From positions 37,946,001 to 38,010,000 of the forward strand of contig NC_045697.1 in assembly GCF_009834535.1 (NCBI RefSeq): a DNA stretch of 64,000 nt. Direction: 5' to 3'. Made by a program: the position numbers and the translations under genes. Positions 26,601 to 41,600 of this stretch are shown piece after piece. This stretch comes from Camelus ferus. Taxonomy: Eukaryota. The notes under the pieces are model-generated. The model saw only the letters and a program-made list of their open reading frames with translations, was not told the DNA's origin and did not search any database. The stretch's first letter is position 1. Each line of letters opens with the position of its first letter.

Positions 26601-29600
26601 CCCACAGTTGAGATATATTTCATCTACAAGTATATATTTTTCAAAAATCTTTATTAGATTAAATACAATTTATAATTTTAAAATACTCAACTGAAACAAA
26701 GAAACAAAAAATACCTGGGACATGCCTTGTGGAACTGGTAAATTTGCAGCTTGAGACATCACTGGCTGTGTTAATGATTGACCAACAGACTGGGAATTTA
26801 TAGACTAGAGGCAAAATAAAAAATAACACTAGAGTGACAATTGTTTCCATACATGAGTACTTCCACCAGAAATATCACCCCGGCATCTTTATAACTGAAT
26901 TACAATTTGCCTCATTTTTTTCTTTTTTTTTTAGCTGAGTACAGGCATGTCCCCCACTCTAATCTATAAATGCCTATGCCATATTTTTCTTTTTGTCTTC
27001 CAAAGCACCTACCACATTCCCTTGCATGGGCTCTCAATAAAAGCTGACTGGACTGTACTGAAGGTGACTGGTATTTGAGATTAGATATAAAATGGCTCTA
27101 AATTACCAGCTTTCCATAATTAAAAAAAAAAAAACCTAACACTTTACCTGAAAAATATTCAGAAGGACGGATATGTTTGACAACCACTTCACACAAAAAT
27201 TAAGATCTTTAAGTGTTATAGATGGTCAACTGTTTTGAACTTTATAGAAAGGGACAATAAATAAATGAATTTATGAAGATCTAGATGATTTCTCTCCCCT
27301 TTTAACAGATCTTTATTCAGAAGAGTACTAACTAAAGAGCTTACCTGACTACTAAATGATGACCTCCTTTGAGACATCTTTTCATGAGCTGGTAAATGCG
27401 GTCTGGGAGGAGTGCTAGTATCGGTCGGGATCTTTGTTGGTGTTGCTGAGGGTAGTCAACAAAACCGGAAGACCATTAGTACTTTATAAAACACAATTTT
27501 CAAAAGTTAATCTCAAAATGCATTTCAGTGAATAAAAATGATTTTTATTTTTCTAAATTATTCAGTAAAAATGAAATCTATGACAGTAAGATAATTCATT
27601 TTAATTATTTCTTTTTTAAGGACAAAGAAAATACTCGAAATAGGAAAACTTTAAGTATAAAAATGTTTACTATTCCTACAACTCGATAGCAAAAAAAAAC
27701 CAATAACTCAATTAAAAAATGGCCTAAGGACTTGAATAGATAGAAGACATACAGATGGCCAACCAGTACATGAAATAATTCTCAACGTCACTAATCATCA
27801 GGGAAATGCAAATCAAAACCACAATAAGATATCACCCCTACCTGTCAGGATGGCTATTACTAAAAAATCAAAAGACCAGCGTTGGCAGGAATGTAGAGAA
27901 ATTAGAACCCTTGCACACCGTTGGTGGGATGGGAAATCATGCAGCCAATGGAAAACAGAATGGAGGTTTCTCAAAAAATTCAAAACAGACAACTATATAT
28001 GACCCAGCAATCCCACTTCTGGGTATTTATCCAAAAGAATCGAAATCAGCATCTTGAAGAGATATTAACATTCTAATTTTCACTGAAGTACTATTCACAA
28101 TGGCTAAGATACGAAAATAATCTGAATGTCCTCGACAGATGAATAAATTAACAAAATGTGGTGTATACATACAATGAAATACTATTCAACTTGAAAAAGG
28201 AAGGAAATTCTGCAATATGAAACACAGATGAATCTTGAAGACGTCATGCTAAGTGAAATAAGCCAATGACAGAAAGACAGGTACTGTATGACTCCATTAC
28301 ATGAGGTATCTGAAACAGTCAGATTCACTAAATCAAAGAACAGAATGGTGACTAGCAAGTGTGGGGGAATTATTAATCACTGAGCACAAAGTCTCAGCAC
28401 AATGAGTAAGCTCTAGAGATCTGCAGTACAGCACTGTGCCTGTAGTCGGCAATAATGTATTGTAAGCTTAATATTTTTAAAGAGGAGATCTCATTTTAAG
28501 TATTCTTGCCACAGTAAAATAACTTATTAAAAATAACAGTGAAATAGCTGTAATAGGGAAAATTTTTTTTCCTAAGAACTTGTATGTTTAACCTCTTTGA
28601 TGTTCTACCCACAATGTTGAGTAATTCAAACAACCCCCCTTTCCCTTATTACATATAGTTTTAATACTCTGCAGAATAAAAATGCTAAGCTCTTTTTAAA
28701 AAATGTTAAAGGTTACCAATTTAACGACAACTATGCAAGTCTCATAAAGACAAGATACATACACAAAAAACTTCTGTGAACTTAAAGAAACAAGAAACTG
28801 TTGCTGTAACAGTTCTGCTTTCTTTTTGAGGAATGATTAAAAACTATACCAACATTGCTACCTATGTATTTTATAGGCTCCTTTATAAACTCAATTCTTT
28901 GCTAAATGTGAGCAATGTACCTCCTGCTCACTGGGATGTATTTCAGAAATGTAAACACTTATTATCTGAAAGCTGCATTTGATAAAAATTCTGATACCAG
29001 TAACACAAACTATTTAGAAGCACTTTCTTTAAAGGAAGCCTACTTTCAAGTTAGGGTACTCACAGGAAGGGTCTGAGACTGCTGTGTGAGATGATTTTCT
29101 TGAACTCCGGGAGGAAGCAGAAGGAGTTGGGCTGTGATCAAATCTTTCCAATGCTTCCTTGAGACTGACTGTATTTATACGATTATCAGACCCAGAATCC
29201 TGGCTCTAAGGAGACAAGAGTAAAATAAATATTTTCTTGGGTTCAGTTCGGAGATTCCAAATTAGCAATATTACTTGTTAATTCCTCCTCCCCAAAGTCA
29301 GTTTTTACCCGTAACAAGACAAAGGTACTTGTGTAGTATTAGGAAAAGAAATTAAAACTTATTTTTTATAGCCAGAAAGTTGTGGCTTTATTCTCTATTT
29401 AAAGAAACAAAAGATGCAAAAGAATGAAGCTGGACTCTTATATCATACAGAAAAATTAAATCAAAATAGATCAAATACCTAAACATAAGAAATAAAACTT
29501 TTAGAAAAAAAGGGGAAAAGCTTTATGACACTGGATTGGGCAATGATTTCTTAGATATGACACTAAAAAGCACAGGCAACAAAAGTGCATCAAAGGACAC

Positions 29601-32600
29601 TACAGAGTGGAAAGGCACCATGGAATGGGAGAAAACATTTGTAAATCATTTATCAGGCAAAGAATTAATATCCAGTATATACAAAGACTCCTACCACTCA
29701 ACGGCTAGGAGTTAAAAAAAAAAACCCACAATCCAATTAAAAAAAGGGAAGGTCCTGCATAGACATTTCTGCAGAGAAGATACATAAGCAGCCAATAAAC
29801 ACACAAGAAGATGCTTAATGTCACTAATAACTAGGGAAATGCAAATCAAAACCAAGAAATAACACTTCACATTCATCTAGATGGCTGTTATTAAAAAAAA
29901 GAAGGAAAAAAAAAACCCCAGAAAATAATCAGCATTGGCAAGGATATGGAGAAACTGGAACCCTTGTGCAGTGCTGGCGAGAATGTAAAATTAGCACAGC
30001 TACTATGAAAAAATAGCGTCTTAACAGTTCCTCACAAAATTAAATATAGAATTACCATATGATCCAGAAATTCCATTTCTGGGTGTATTCTCAAAAGAAT
30101 TAAAAGCAGGGATTCAGATATTTGTACAGCCATGTTCATAGCAGCATTTTCACAACAGCCAAAAGATGGATGCAACTCAAGTGTCCATTAACGAATGAAT
30201 GGATAAACAAAATGTGGTATATACATACAGTGGGATATTATTCAGCCCTTAAGAGGAAATTCTGACACACGCTGTAACATAAATGAACCTTGAAGACGTT
30301 ATGCCAAATGAAATAAACCCGTCACATACAAATACTGTAGGACTCCACTTACATGAGGTACCTATAGGAATCAAATTCATACACTGATTCTACCACATTT
30401 TCACAATCACTCTCTCACTTATGTCTTCTCTCCCCTCTTTACCCAACCTAAAATCATGGTTAACCATTACAACCACACTCTTGAGTATACCATCAACTCC
30501 CTTGTTTCTATCTCCCTTCACCACACTTCCGTGGGAAAAATCTCAATGCTGGTTAACCCCAATTTTTTTTAACCTAGTCCACATCTGTTCCTGCACAGCT
30601 AACATGGCTGAAGAAACACAACATGGTGACTGTTCTTTCTTTATAGCCAAGAACCTCAATGAGACCTTAATCCTTCCTGCCAAACAGACTAAAATTCCCT
30701 TGTCCATTCACCTTCTTACTCTCGTAGAAAACTATTTAACACTCCTCCCTCTTCTCAAATCTCTGACTCTGCTTCACATTTCACAGTAGAGTATTGCCAC
30801 AGCTCCCACTATTACACCAGCCTCCCTTCCAGCATATGTACTCACATGTTCTACCTTTCTTTATGTTACTATAGATCAGGGATCACCACCCTTTTCTGTA
30901 AGGGTCAGAGGGTCAGTATTTTAGGCTTTGCAGGCCAACTGCTATAGTACAAAAGCAGCCATATGCAACATATAAATGAGTGTGGCTGTGGAATTTGATG
31001 ATATAGTTTTCATGTGTCACAAAACATTTTCTTCTGACTTTCTTCAATACTTAAAAATGCGTAAAAAAACATACTTGCAGCTTGTGGGTGTTATGAAACG
31101 AGGCAGATGGCCAGATTTGGCCTAAGAGCCAGAGTTTGCCAATCCCTTCTACAGCTGAATCATCTGCTCCTCTACCTTGCTAAGCCTAATCTGTCCACTT
31201 GTGGACTAGATTCCATCTTCTCTCACCTACTCAAGAAAATTGCTCTAGCATTTCTCCTGCTTTCTCTGTCACCAATTTTTCTCCATCAGACCATTCTCAT
31301 CAGTATACAAACAGGCTATTATTTCTCCCACCTTAAAAAGCAAATCACTCTAATTCCCCTTATCCCAGAAAATTATCTTCTAAACCCACTCTAATCAGGC
31401 TTTCCCTCGTATTACTATTCCTCCTGGTCTGTTCTTATGGATAAATGAATACACGTTGTTGGACTCTGCTCAATTCTCAGTGCTCATCTAATTTAACCAA
31501 TTTCTGCAGGATCTGACAAAGCTGATTGTCCACTTCTCACTGACACATCTTCTTTTCTTGGCTTCTAGGACAACTGAATTTCCTAGTTTTATTCCTACCT
31601 CACTGGCTATTTCCCCTTGGTCTCCTGTGATTGGGTCTCCTTGTCCTCTTCATGTTGGAGTGCCCTGGTGCCTAGTCCTGGGTTATCTTCTCTCTATACT
31701 CATTCTCTTGGTGATCAATTTAGATTCATGACTTTAAAACCATTCATACACTGAAGTTCTGAAAAATGTATCTCAAGTGTACTTCTTCCCTAAACTCCAG
31801 GAAGACTATGGTGGTAACAGTAAACGTGGTGAGAAAGTAGACATAGTTGAGTATATTTGGGAAGTAGGGCTAGATGAATTTCCTAGCACTGGACACCGGC
31901 ATGAGGGAAAAAGAGAAAGTAAGGAGGAACAACGTCTATATATATGACCTTGGTTTCTATAATGACCCTTATTTCAAAGAATCCTAGATTTAAGCACTTT
32001 TCTCAGAAAATTTCTTTTTACTAAAACATACTGGATCTTCTTCCTCTAAGCAGACAAGGCCTCTTTGGAAAAAGCCTTTCATGTGGGCCCATGAGAGCAG
32101 AGAACTTGTTTGTGTTATTCACTGCTATATTCTCAGCATATAGAGCCATATCCAGCACTTCCTGGAAAGGCACTTTTTAACTAAAGTATCGCTGATGTAC
32201 AGTATTGTTAGTTTCAGGTGTACAATATAGTGATTCAACATTTAAATACATTACAAAGTGATTACCATTAAGTCTAGTAATCATCTGTCCCCATACAAAG
32301 TTATTACAGCATAACTGACCATACTCCTTATGCTGCATATTACATCCCTGTGACTCATTTATTTTATAACTCAAAGTCTGAACCTCTTAATCCCTTTACC
32401 TATTCTGTCCCACCCCACAACCCCCTCCCTCTGGCAACTACCATTCTGTTCTCTGTATCTGTGAGTCTGTTTTGTTTTGTTTGTTCATTTGTTTTTTTAA
32501 TTCCACAGATAAGTGAGATAATTTATCTTTCTCTGATTTATTTCACTTAGCATAACGCCCTCAAGACCCATGCACGTTGTTGCAAATAGCAAGACTTCAT

Positions 32601-35600
32601 TCTTTTTTTAATGGCTGAGTAGTATTTCATTGTGTGTATGTATATACATACACATGCACATACACACACACCACATCTTTATCCATTCATCTACTGATGG
32701 ACACTTAGGTTGCTTCTATATCTTGGTTATAATCCTGCAATGAACACAGGGTTGCATAAATCTTTTCGACTTAGTGTTTTTGTTTTCTTCAGGTAAATAT
32801 ACAGAAGTAGAATTAATAGACTGTACTATTTTTAATTTTTTGAAGAACCTCCATACTGTTTTTCATAGTGACTGCACCAACTTACAATTCCATCAACAGT
32901 GCATAAGGGTTCCCTTTTCTCCACATCTTTACCAACATTTGTTATCTGCTGTCTTTTTGAAAACGGCCATTCTGACAGGTATCAGGTGATTCCTTGCTGT
33001 GGTTTTGATTTGCATTTCCCTGATGATTAGATGATTAGAGAGATGATGAGTATATTTTCATGTGTCTGCTGGCCATCCATATGCCTTCTTTGGGAAAATG
33101 TCTATTCAGGTCCTCTGCCCATTTATTCATCAGATTGTTCAGTTTTTGTTATTGAGTAGAATGAATCCTTTACATATTTTGGATATTAACCCCTTACTGG
33201 ATATATCACTTGCAAGTATCTTCTCCTATTCGGTAGGGTTCCCTTCCATTTTGTTGATGGTTTCGCTCACTGTGCATGGGAGGTACTTAATAAGGTTCGT
33301 TGAATGACTGGATGATATTCCCCCATACTGTCCCCTAGTATGCTGCCTATTTTATTTCACTTTTTATATAGATTCTTGATTCTTTCCTCCCACTTATTTT
33401 TCGACAGATCAAAAATACCTGTTATAGCACTTTCTGGTTCATTATCATTCCTACCTCTGAGTATTTACAACCTTGTATAATCCCTCCCCTTTAGTATAGT
33501 AATGGGGATTGGATTAAGGGTCTACCCTACACTAGTGATTTGCTTCTAATGAACAGAGTAGACAAAAGTGATAGGACATCACCTCTGTGATTAGGTTACC
33601 AAAGACTGACTTGCTGGATTTTTCTCTCCCTAGATTTTCTTGCATACTTGCTCTGATGGAAAGAGCCACCTGGAAAGGAACTGAGGATTGTACCTGGCCG
33701 TCAGCCAGCAAGGAACCAAGGCCCTCAGTCTAACTGCCAGTGAGAAACCCAATCATTTCAACAACCATTGAGTAAGCTAAGAAACAGATTCAGCCCTAGT
33801 TGAGCCCTGAGGTGACTGTGGCCCCTACTGACACCAGGATTGCAGCCTCATGACCAGTTTTGAACCAGAGGGCCCAATTAAACTGTGTCTGGATTCTTGG
33901 CTCACAGAAACTATGAGATAATAAATGCATGTTATTTAATTTAATCATTAAGTTTTGTTACACAGCAAAAGGTAACTAATACACTACACTTCTACCTAAT
34001 ATAATGATAAGAGAAACCAAAGTTCAAAATCTGACTATAACTTCCCAACCATGAGTCTTCATGTTCTGTTTTAATATTTTCAAAGTAGAGATATTATCTA
34101 CCCAGATAAGGATGTCTGAGGAATAAATGACATTGCATAATTCATATAAAAACCTAGGCAGAGACTAGCACATTGTAATAACTGTTAATTTAAATCTGAG
34201 ATCGTATATGTCTCTCATATAATTAGCACTAAATAGCAGGCCTTTCAAATCTTTTTTAGAAGCAGATGAAGTTTTAAAAAATTAAATTTAATATAAAAAA
34301 CAGTAAAGTATAATTACAGCACTGTCACAAGTGAGGAAATGAAATATTTGAAAAATAATTTTCCCGTAAATTATTGAGTCTTGTCTTTCATTGTGAAGAA
34401 ATAAAATAATTAAAAAAAAACTGTAAGATACATACTTTATCAGCAGCTGTCTCTGGAAGAGACTCTTCAATGCCAAGTTCTCGTCGTCTTTCAGCCCTAA
34501 CTTCTGCGTAACTATAAACGGGGGAAAAAAAGAATTTCAGTGTTTGATCATTCATTTAAAATACTGCAGAGGTGCAACCATTCAGTGCTTGTTATGTGTC
34601 TTGTTCATCATGAATTCTAGGCCATTTTCTATGTACCACAGAAACATAAAACATAGCTACAGCATATTATCTTAATTAAAATTTCTCCGTTTTCCTATGT
34701 ATGTCAAAAGTTTATGTGCTACTGCAAATGATCTGTAACTACACAGAACTTAAATTATGGGGAAATGAATAAATAAATAGGAAGTATACTTTATCTCCTC
34801 CAGTTCTCCTTTTACATAACTGACTAATATATAAAAGACAGTTATAACTACTGCTCTAAGTCATAAAATTTATGTGAAGAATTATAAATCTCTATATACT
34901 TATATTTCTATATAATACTTACAAGTAAATTTAATAATAAATTGAAAATATGTATCAAAAATGAGGGGGAATTAACAAATTAACAAGTCATACATAAAAT
35001 TACTTTCTAGAATCATTATGGATGTTTCTATAATTCAGAAATTCTGTAAAAGAATTCTTACCTTACTACAGTGTGAGTACAAACAATAAACTCTGGCCTT
35101 GAATTCCACTGATGGTAAGTGATATAATAGTGAGTCTGAAGCCAAATCCACTGTTGTCCTTTGGTCAGGAACCTGTAATAACATGATTTGCCTTTCCCGT
35201 ACTGCATTACTGAAAAGAAAAAAATATTTTTGATTCACATTATTAGTTATGAATCTGTTTTTTAGCCAAAGGTATCATTCACATTTAAATCTACATATAT
35301 AATTCTGTGAACTCTTACTTAGCCTTCCTTGATCATGAAATCCATTTTTGATAGACTGGCATTCAGTGGAACAAACCTTAGGAAACGCTGGTCAAGAATC
35401 ATTCTCTCACTTACATTAATGAGGAAACCAAGGTCTAATACTTGAAACTAGTAGTCCAAAATTGCCCAGCTAGTTAATAGAAGTGTCAGATCCTGGGGGA
35501 GGGGAGTGGGAAGGAATAGACTGGGATTTCAAAATTTGTAGATACTGATAGGCATATGTAGAATAGATAAACAAGATTATACTGTATAGGACAGGGAAAT

Positions 35601-38600
35601 ATATACAAGATCTTGTGGTAGCTCACAGTGGAAAAAAATGTGACAATGAATGTATGTATGTTCATGTATAACTGAAAAATTGTGCTCTACAATGGAATTT
35701 GACGGAACATTGTAGAATGACTATAGCTCAATTAAAAAATGTTTTAAAAAAATGTCAGATCTTTTTAATACACCATGGAGCTTAGTGCCCACATCACTTG
35801 GAGTGAACAATGTTTCTTCTGTGAAGTGACTTTACTCTAAAAATGTTCTATATAGTTGATATTATATAATATGATTTATTTTCATAGAGAGAGGTTTATG
35901 AGACCAGCCTAAGGCATTATAAATGTATATTAAATATGTAATTAAGCTTTAGAGGACACCTAAGAGGGAAAGATTTGCGGAGGAGGATCAGAGAAGCAAG
36001 TAAAACCTATTATTAAAACAAACTTCTGAATAGCATGTGGTATAGAGGTGGGTCTAAACTCTAGTCCTATCTCTGCCACCAATGAGATATAGGATTGTAA
36101 GTAAATTAGCTAACCTTACTGTGTCTCAGTTTACTTGTGGAGATAATAATGATTACCTACTTTCTACAACTGTGGCAATGAATAATGTAGACAATGTACA
36201 TAAATTGTTCAGAACAGGGCAAAATGAGATGACACCATTCTTATCGCTAATATAGTAACAGCAGGTAACATTAATGAAGCACTATAAGCTTTCTAAAAGA
36301 GATTCTTTAAATGTGTACTTATCTCCTGGGCAGCTGTACATGCCTGAAAATCAAAATTTATGAAATACTGTTCTAATATTTTGATACACAGTTTTCAAAG
36401 GAATCTACATCTCTTATTCCAGACTAGAGCTCATATAACTCAAAACAAAGTGTAAAAGATACAGTATTATAAAAATGGACATACTACTATAGACTGAAAT
36501 ATGTAAAACAGGAAGAAATTTAAACTTGATTGAGGATTCCTACTGGAATTGGTTATATATATAAAGTAAAATTCTCCAGGATATTTCAAAAATACAAAAA
36601 TGGTGATAAGTCTGTATTTTACCACCTTCTATTAACATGATAGTTATTTATACAATTAAAGAGTTATTATCACCAGAAATATTAAAATCTACTTACAGTG
36701 CTCGTGACATTTTGCCAAATTTTCTAGGTCATCTACATGATAGTAATCGTAGCCTGATGTTCCCAGAACTTCAAATGGCAAATATCCTATTATAGGTGGT
36801 GCCCTAAATTACACATAAAACAATCAATATTATGATTTTTTCCATAATGAAAAATACTCAACCAAGAATCAACTTTGGGAGGAACCCTTATACTTTGAAA
36901 AATGGACAATAAATCTGAACATCTTGATTAGAAAAAGTTTGTCCTTGAAATCCATTAATTTCAAGAATTATAATGTATAATTTTTTTAGAATTTTTAAAC
37001 GGAGTTACCTGTGATCTAGAAATAGAAACTTCCATTCTAAACTATGTCTAGATGTAAACTCTTCATTAGGTTCTTCAACAGTGCACATTTCCTACAAGTA
37101 AATTAAAAATTAAAATTTAGAAATGTTTTTCTGTGTCAGTAGAAGAATCCCAAATATTGTTAGCTGTTAAAGTCATTATTAGCTAACTTTTTCCTAAACA
37201 TGTTTTTAACACATTTTTATTTTCTAGTACTAAGGAATGTGGCAATAAATACATGCAGGCTTCTAGGGGAGTACTTCTCACTCTGCATACTTCTCTATTC
37301 ACTCACATGCTCATAACCCAAATTCTGAATGTAGAGGTCTCTCCTGACACAGTTCTCTATTTCTAGCTGTCGGGATGTTCCTGCACATCACAAACTCCAT
37401 GTGTCCTAAAATGAACTAACTGCCTTACTATCATACCCAGTTATACAATGTTCCATCTCATCAGTGTAGGCATACCTGTGCTGTGCCATTAGTCTAGACA
37501 TCTGATAGTCAGACACACTCATTTTCACCTTTCACCATCTGAATGATCACTACTAAATCCTTTCAGATGAGAGCGGGTACGTTCATGGTGGTACGGCCAT
37601 AGACTAAATCCTTTCAATTTCACCTTCTAAGTTTTTAAAAAAATCTATTCCATCCCATCCATCTTCATGCTCTTAGTTTAGACTCTGAACTGTTGCCATC
37701 ACTGGCTCACATTATTGCCAAAGTGTCTCCTGAACAAGTCTCCCTGTCTTTCAAGTCATCTTCTAGTCTGGCCACAATCACTTTACAAATACTCAAATAT
37801 AATTATATAACTTCCCTGCTTAAAAACCTTAATGGTTCCTCATTCGCTTAGGATAAAATCTAAACTCTTCAGCGAGGATAAACAAACAACAAAGAAAGAA
37901 ATACATTTCATTTCTGGCCTTGGCTTACTTTTCTAACCTCATCTCATACCATCCCTATTCCCCTCCACATGCAGTAACCCTAGACTTCAGCCATACTCAA
38001 CAGTGTATTCCAACCTGCCTCTATGTCCTTGAAAGACCTTTTGTAGCACAATGTAGTCATTAAGAGCCTGGTTTTGAGAGAAAAAGAATTACAGTCAATC
38101 TTAGTCCTACTACTTAATAGTTGTGACTTTGGGCAAGGAACTTAACTTCCTTAAGCCTCAGTTTCCTTATATGTATAATGGTGATCATACTAGCATCTCT
38201 AAGAATTACCTGAGATAATGCATGTAAAGTATACAGCATGTGGTAAGCACTCAATAAATATGTTAGCCACTGCCATCATTTCCTAAGATCAAAACGAGCA
38301 GAGTGAGACTGGTTTAAGATCTTCTCACTGCTAGTTCAGTACTTAGTCCATAATATTGTATCTCCCTTAATTTAAAATCTTATCCTGGCTTATTTCCAGC
38401 CACTTTCCAGTGACTGAAGTTGTTCATTTTCCCACTTCCCTACTAATCATCTGCTTCCTGGTCCTAAGATACAGAAATAAATTATTAACTGGATTTTAAA
38501 ATTGAAAAGGTAAATTCAAATGCAGTAAAAAGTCATTTGTGTATTTCAAAAGAAAATTTCATAGCCAAGCTTTAAAATTACCTAGATTTTTGGCCTTTCC

Positions 38601-41600
38601 CCTTTAATGTAGTTGTAAATTATACAAAAAAAGCATCCTAAAATTCTGCATAAAAACAGGACAAGTGGTATATAACCAGTGATTAACTCTAAAGGGTATA
38701 AATTTTAAAATTAGTTATATAATTTAATGAGTGCCTTGATAACTCATTATTTCCTGCAATAATATCATGATCATATATATTTAATAACTCATGGCCATTA
38801 CTACGTCAATGTCTGCAAGAAGTTTCAGTTATTCTGGAAACAAAAAATTACATACAGATAGCTCCCATAATATAAAGTGAAATCCCCTTTGGGAATAAAT
38901 TTAGGAACATACCTTGATGAACTGAGGTGTAGCTAATCTGACAGTAGCTACAAAACAAACTCTATCTTCATAAGAAGGCCTATGTGTGCGTTGTATCGTT
39001 CCTTCAAAACCATTGTGTGCTGAAGTGGATACTAAAACAATAGACAAATAAGTATCATCAGTTACTTCAGTAAAATCTAGTTTTTACTGACATTCAAACA
39101 TGTATGTCTTTAAAAGCTTAAAAGAATACCCAGTTATAGAAGTATTTTAACTCACCACTGTTTAAAGATTTGAAATTTCCTATAAATTTCACATACTCAT
39201 AAGTAGACGGCTCCTTGGGGTCTATTGTTCCTCGAAGCATATGACAACAAAATTCTAACTGATTTTTTGCTGAAATAGAGGGAAAATATGACATATTTGT
39301 GATTTATCACAATGAATGATATACCACATGAAATAAAGATTATAACAGCTGTATAAATTTATAATCATTTTTTTCTTCAACAGAGGTCCTCAATGACAGT
39401 TAGTCCATAAAAGCAGTGTTCCTTTAGGGAGATGATCTGACATTGTCCGTAATAAAGAAAACAGATTTTCTGATATAAATAACTCCATGTTTCCCCATTT
39501 TTACCTGTCCTTCCTTCTCATTCTTCACTGTAATTTCAAAGAAAGGTTTGTTTCCTATTCTAAAGCTAATACTTCTATCTCTACAAGTCTTGTCTATCTC
39601 CTTTTTCTAGGACCAGGGTCACACCACTTTTTTTCATTCCTTTAGCATCCAGACTCACTCTTCTTTGGGTCCTTACTTTCTACTTTTAAATTTGTTCAGG
39701 TCTTTCCAACTCAAACATATAAAGGGTTGTTCATGCTACTCTCTTTAGTAACACAGATCTACTTTTTTCATTATGTGCTCTGATTTCCAGGTATTCATTT
39801 CCCTTAACTTTATGCACTGTGGCTTTCACCCTCACACCTCTGTAGAAGTTGCTCTTCTAAAAATCAGTAACATCTGTGTTGTTAACTTCAATGGTGTTTC
39901 CTCATTGTTTCTACCTCTTCTTAAAATTCACACATCATAGTATGAAACTTACCTTCCTATTTATTGACTATTTCTATCTCTTTTGCTTAAGTCTTCAAAC
40001 CATAGGCATTCAAAAAAGTCATCTATTATCCTTTACAAATCTATCAGCATTGATAAACTTATTTACCCCTAAATCTGTCTCCCCACTTCTAACATCTCTA
40101 ACATGTTATATAACACCAAGCCTCGTATCACTACATGATTTCAGGATATTTCGACTAGATTGTCCCATCAGTAACTTAAATTCAAAATACTTAAGAGTGA
40201 ATTTATCCCTCTTCTTTCCTAAGCCAGCTGTCCTTTCCCTTTGTCCTATGTGTGCTTATCACCTTAGTTAGAAACCATATCAATTTGGTCTCTTCTTTCC
40301 TATCACCAGCTCACAAACTAATCTGTTACCAGTGCCTGCTATTTATTTCACCAAGGAAGCTCTAACGAGTTATTTTTTTCCCAACTGAGCATCCAGTACT
40401 GTCAATTTAGTACAGATGCAAACTACCCTGCATCTAGTATCTCCAAGAATGTATTCTCTATGTCTCCACACTCATGCCATTCGTATTCAACCTTGCCTAT
40501 TACTCTTAAATTAACATTACTTTCATTACTATTTCAGCAGTCAAGGACCAATAACACCTCTCTTCACTCACAGCATCAAACTCATACTCTTCTGTCATTA
40601 CCAGGAATGGTTTTATCATCAAACTCAACAGGTTCAAACTCTACCTACCTTCTCCTAAAACCTTCTGCGCTGATGACCCCCAGCTGCTTGGACACCTGTG
40701 CCCTACACCAAGCTTCACTGAGTTTATCTACTCAACACTCATATATGTGCTTTCCTCTCCACTCTTTCTCCTACTGCTATCCTTTTAATCTCCAGTCTGG
40801 TCATTTTTAAAAATTTGCCACCTGAGAGATTTTCTTTTCAGACCACAAAATTACCCAAATCCCCTTCACTGGCTCCTCATTATGTAAAAAATAAAAACCA
40901 AAATGTTTACTGCAAAATATTGGGCCCTATTTCCTTCTCTAGACACAAATTATGCAATTGTACCACCTCACCTTCATTATGGGCCAAATGACCCATTTAC
41001 AGAACCTGAATTTCCCAAGCAATTTCCCCACTGTGTTAAATCGTGTTTACTCCTTGGCATGAAACACCTTTTTATCTTGGGAAATAACTTTTTTTGTATA
41101 TCAGTTCTTTAAGCAGGAGGTCAGCTAGTCACTTAACTAAGGCTTTTCTCTATCAAAAAGTATTGTTGCCATCCTCACCTCTGATCCTGGGAACAGAAGC
41201 CTAAGGCCTGTCTTTCCGCCAGAGGCAGCTCTCCAGCCAGTGCTACCCTCGCGAAGGTCTCTAAAGCAGACTCCTTCTCTGCCGCCCATCTCTTGCCGTG
41301 TCCCAGGGTTCCACCTTTCTAATTCTTCTCTTCTTACTCTATATATTTATCTCAAGCAATGTCATTCAAATCTTGAGTTCAAATACTACTTACAGGCATA
41401 CAATTGGCCCCTACATCATTAAACCCAACCCAAATCTTTCCCCTAGGTGAGACTAGCATGGTCTTCTGGTCAGTGTCATCTGAACTTAATTTTTAAGCAA
41501 TTATAAACTGGCTTCAGATGGATTCTCTTGGTCTCTAGTTCTTCTCAACTCCTTCTGACAGGCTATCTATTCTGATCAAAGATACACATTCATATATACT

